Source of the DNA: Macrostomum lignano
Lineage: Eukaryota
Assembly (NCBI GenBank): GCA_002269645.1
Contig: NIVC01000981.1
Span: forward strand, 186,001-250,000
Direction: 5' to 3'
Length of the DNA stretch: 64,000 nucleotides
The notes beneath the pieces were generated by a model. It had not been told where the DNA came from, made no database searches, and saw only the letters and a program-made list of their open reading frames with translations. The stretch's first letter is position 1. Every line of letters starts with the position of its first letter. Shown here in pieces: positions 59,625 through 64,000 of the stretch. The position numbers and the translations under genes are program-made.

Positions 59625-60525
59625 TCACTATTATTTGTCACTTTCTATCTGACACTTTCTATCTGTCACTTTCTATCTGTCACTTTCTATCTGACACTTT
59701 CTATCTGTCACTTTCTATCTGTCACTTTCTATCTGTCACTTTCTATCTGTCACTTTCTATCTGTCACTTTCTATCTGTCACTTTCTATCTGTCACTTTCT
59801 ATCTGTCACTTTCTATCTGTCACTTTCTATCTGACACTTTCTATCTGTCACTTTCTATCTGTCACTTTCTATCTGTCACTTTCTATCTGTCACTTTCTAT
59901 CTGTCACTTTCTATCTGTCACTTTCTATCTGTCACTTTCTGTCTGTCACTTTCTATCTGACACTTTTTGTCTCTCACTTTCTATCTGAAATTTTCTATCT
60001 GACACTTTTTGTCTGACACTTTCTATCTGTCACTTTCTATCTGTCACTTCTATCTGTCACTTTCTATCTGTCACTTTTTATCTCTCACTTTCTATCTGTC
60101 ACTGTCTGTCTGTCACTTTCTATCTCTCACTTTCTATCTCTCACTTTCTATCTGACACTTTTTGTCTCTCACTTTCTATCTGACATTTTCTGTCTGACAC
60201 TTTCTATCTGTCACTTTCTATCTGTCACTTTCTATCTGTCACTTTCTAGCTGTCACTTTCTATCTGTCACTTTCTATCTGTCACTTTCTATCTGTCACTT
60301 TCTATCTGTCACTTTCTATCTGTCACTTTCTATCTGACACTTTCTATCTGTCACTTTCTGTATCTCACTTTCTATCTGTCACTTTCTGTCTGTCCCTTCT
60401 ATCTGTCACTGTCTGTCTGTCACTTTCTATCTGTCACTTTCTATCGCTCACTTTCTATCTCTCACTTTCTATCTCTCACTTTCTATCTCTCACTTTCTAT
60501 CTGTCACTTTCTGTCTCTCACTTTC
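59625..60525. repeat. Minisatellite, 14 bp unit CTATCTGTCACTTT
   Basis: About 64 copies. Confidence 0.96.
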
Positions 60526-61892
60526 ACAAAACCTCCCAGCCACAATACTCCTATTGTGATATTTTTAATCTCAATCAGTCTCACTTTGCAGCTGAACGTT
60601 TTCCACTGCATCGAGCCCAAGCCCCAGCTCAGTCTCTTTAGACATTTCTGCGGATTCCCCCACAGTGCTCAGGTTCCACTAAGCATCATGCATGACTTGA
60701 GACCAAGCTTGGCAGGAAACAATTATGAGAGCATAGAAATTTGCGTCACGTCAAGCATGCAAGCTCAGCTCAACTCAAAACAATGAAAGTGGGGGGGGCA
60801 TTTCTCTTATCTAGTTCTGCCTGCGCTTTGAGCAACAATTTCAATTTGTAGCAGAAAAATGATTCACCAGAAACCTATAATCAACTCCTTTTAGTGGAAG
60901 CCAGCCAATTCTTAACAGTGAAACAGGTCTCGCAGGCAGCGAAAAGATTCCACTTTGTCTTTAATTTTCTAAATTACTTAATTTTAGGCAAGCAAGTGCA
61001 TCAGATTTCAATCTCTCCAATTTTGCTTTGCTTTTAGAAGGCTTCAGCCGTCAACAGACAGCGTTGGCTGTTGTTCGCTCATCGTGTCATGCCCCCCCCC
61101 CCCCCCCTTGCAAAGAGATGAAGCCCTCGCACAGTGATTGGTATCAGCAGCCACGTGGTTAACACCTGTGTCTATAGAAGTAGAGAGATTCTAAGGACTC
61201 GGCCCTGCTCTGCTGGGTGACCACTTATTGAACTGATTGCGTAGGTGGGCATAGGTAGACAGGCTCTTGCCTTAGGGCGAGTGAGTGCACTAAGCTGCGG
61301 AAAGCTCCAGGTTCCTTACGTTCTTTCAATGTTTTTTAGCTTAGTAACAAGATAAACAAACACGGGCTAGTCAATATACTTTTAGGCTATCGTATGTACA
61401 CCTGTGCAGTCTGATAAAAGCGGTCTATTTATTGTTTAGCTAACCTCTAATAAAAAAATCAGCGATTGTATGTACACTCTTATCTCTCTAGTCAAAACCG
61501 GTGTACGCAAAAAATCTCTCCTTCAACCCCCCCCCAATTCGATGCACGATTTGGATTTCCCCCTTTCTTCTCTACCCGAATGTACATTCGTATTAAAGCG
61601 GACAAGCCAACCTCGCTCCAATCAAGTTCTGTTCAGCGTACATTCCTCAGTGTCCCTACCGTACAGTGTATGAAAAATCATTTAAATTCGTGCCATTTTT
61701 AAACAACCTTTTAACACCGGGAAGGTTTCAGTTTGTTAAAGTGATATTTTAATATTGTTCAAATTTTGCTTTGGCGCGAATTTGAATTTTATTAAATTTT
61801 ACGGAAGCATCAAGCTTTAGTAACTGCCTTTCTACCTGTATAATTGGTATTAAATAACGGATAAAAAAGGACATTGCGCTAGGATAACTCAC

Positions 61893-62252
61893 TGACAATG
61901 GTGATGCTGCGGTTATCCTTAGCCGCATCAGTATTCCGAATGCCTTCGCACTCGTAGACGCCATCCTGCTCTTTGCTGGCGTTCCACAGAGTCAGACTGC
62001 CATTAACTCGGGTGGCCAGCCTATCTGTCCAATTCTTGAACTGCTCCTGCAGGCTGCACTTGCCTGAATCGGCGTGGCACAGAGCCAGTTTGTTCCAGGT
62101 GACGCCGTTGTTAGACGAGAACCGCCAGAATATGTAAGTTGCCGGAGGGTCGAAAGCGCAGCTGATGTCAACTCGACCTCCTGGTTGAATGTCGGTTTGA
62201 GGACCGGCGCTCATTCGTAGCGTCAGAGCGGCAACTTCCGCCGATGCTGAGC
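61893..62252 (-). CDS. Echinoid-like receptor exon: Ig1 (V-set)
   Basis: VDISCAF...IFW...SLTLWNASKEQDGVYEC; ttgcag acceptor and gtgagt donor, 360 nt, phase 1 to 1. Confidence 0.9.
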
Positions 62253-63130
62253 CTGCAATTTCATAAAGTTGATGCTTAACCAAAGAAATCCTTATTTTGA
62301 GAGGTTAGTATTTAAATTTCGGAATAGCTTCGATATCATGGCTGTCAAATTACCTGCCTGAGTATGACTGTGCGACTGAGATCACCTGTCAAAATCAGCT
62401 ACCTGATCTCTATTACATGTACCTGACCTGCCCATGACCCCTATTACTTAGCCTTCTATGACCTCTATTCTATGGCCTGTTTATGACCTCTATTCTGTGA
62501 TTTGTCTAATGACATTTATTTTATTACCTGTCTAAGACCTCTATTACTTGACCTGTCCATGACCTCTATTTACCTGTCTTTTTATGACCAGCTACAACGC
62601 AACCACGTGTTTATGGTTATTCCTTCCGCTGAAAGGTGTCACAAAGCAGCAAACGCATAAAAGCAATTCCCCAATCTCTTTTTAGACTCGGGGTAGGGGC
62701 AGCAAAGTAAAGACCGGCTACTTTAAATTTTGCCAATTTCAATTTCGCTTTTTGCGTCTGGACAAGGCAGAAAACACACGCGGAGCTCGGGCGAGGAAGG
62801 AAGTGTCGGATGCACAGCACGGGAGGGTTGGACTGCGGGCAAACAGTGTGCCATTCAGCATGACGATGTTTGGAAAGATTTTTCGGCTTTTTTCTCTCTT
62901 GTATAGCTGGCGAGCTTTGTTTTACTAAACTGTCCGTGGATCGCGGGTTTCTTGTCGTGGGCTCGAGTCATTACCGGGATTGCTTCCTCACTTTCAGTGC
63001 CGAAAACCGGGAGGAGGAGGAGCCAAGGGGCGCCTGAGTGCGATGAGGCAGACTTTGTTGGCACGCGATGTTGTAAAATTCCAGGCAGAAAGCCTTGCCT
63101 GGCCAGGGAGATTTGAACCTCAGCCTGGAG

Positions 63131-64000
63131 TGACTGACTGACTGACTGACTGGCTGACTGACTGACTGACTGACTGACTGACTGACTGATTGACTGACTG
63201 ACTGACTGACTGACTGACTGATTGACTGACTGACTGACTGACTGACTGACTGACTGACTGACTGACTGACTGACTGACTGACTGACTGACTGACTGACTG
63301 ACTGACTGACTGACTGACTGACTGACTGACTGACTGACTGACTGACTGACTGGCTGACTGACTGACTGACTGACTGACTGACTGGCTGACTGACTGACTG
63401 ACTGACTGGCTGACTGACTGACTGACTGACTGACTGACTGACTGACTGACTGACTGACTGACTGACTGACTGACTGACTGACTGACTGACTGACTGACTG
63501 ACTGACTGACTGACTGACTGACTGACTGACTGACTGACTGACTGACTGACTGACTGACTGACTGACTGACTGACTGACTGACTGACTGACTGACTGACTG
63601 ACTGACTGACTGACTGACTGACTGACTGGCTGACTGACTGACTGACTGACTGACTGACTGACTGACTGACTGACTGACTGACTGACTGACTGACTGACTG
63701 ACTGACTGACTGACTGACTGACTGGCTGACTGACTGACTGACTGACTGACTGACTGACTGACTGACTGACTGACTGACTGACTGACTGACTGACTGACTG
63801 ACTGACTGACTGACTGACTTACTGATTGACTGACTGACTGACTGACTGACTGATTGACTGACTGACTGACTGACTGACTGACTGACTGACTGACTGACTG
63901 ACTGACTGACTGACTGACTGACTGACTGACTGACTGACTGACTGACTGACTGACTGACTGGCTGACTGACTGACTGACTGACTGACTGACTGACTGACTG
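63131..64000. repeat. (GACT)n microsatellite, at least 870 bp, runs off the window end
   Basis: Directly visible in the sequence. Confidence 0.98.

Noticed and set aside
300-60016. Long repetitive ORFs in the track (PYPDFLPLFI, SLLTASL, PPAVSNRC, STQSTCLPNLPV, FRAQSLGLPEVKSLS, QTYSSLP, SLLSPL, HCS and similar)
   Set aside because: They are translations of tandem repeats lying in introns of phase-consistent gene models. They are open in several frames or strands because the units lack stops.

Overview
Eukaryotic (animal) genomic DNA. It contains spliced genes with GT-AG introns, about 21-22 kb of tandem repeats (my rough sum) and many DNA transposons. The repeat-stuffed introns and weak polypyrimidine tracts suggest a flatworm such as Macrostomum; that assignment is an inference. 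Gene models rebuilt by hand with phase-consistent splice sites: (1) RSPRY1 orthologue, minus strand, running off the left edge; (2) DENN-domain Rab-GEF-like gene, plus, about 709 aa; (3) 80-aa C1orf53/DUF5522-like gene; (4) divergent Bicaudal-C-like KH gene with no SAM domain, possibly spliced 6.2 kb downstream onto a C2H2 zinc-finger exon; (5) echinoid-like 7-Ig + FN3 + TM adhesion gene, minus, with its signal-peptide exon unresolved. The 5.2-20.9 kb interval holds a tRNA-derived SINE, a DD37D maT element with a nested foldback MITE, hAT, Harbinger and Merlin-like MITEs, a DD34D mariner, and a Penelope-like remnant with a minimal hammerhead ribozyme. Most notable observations: the TM exon of the Ig gene lies between two oppositely oriented arrays of the same 17-bp minisatellite; the hammerhead motif; and the possible KH-zinc-finger protein. 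Most long ORFs in the supplied track are translations of repeats.
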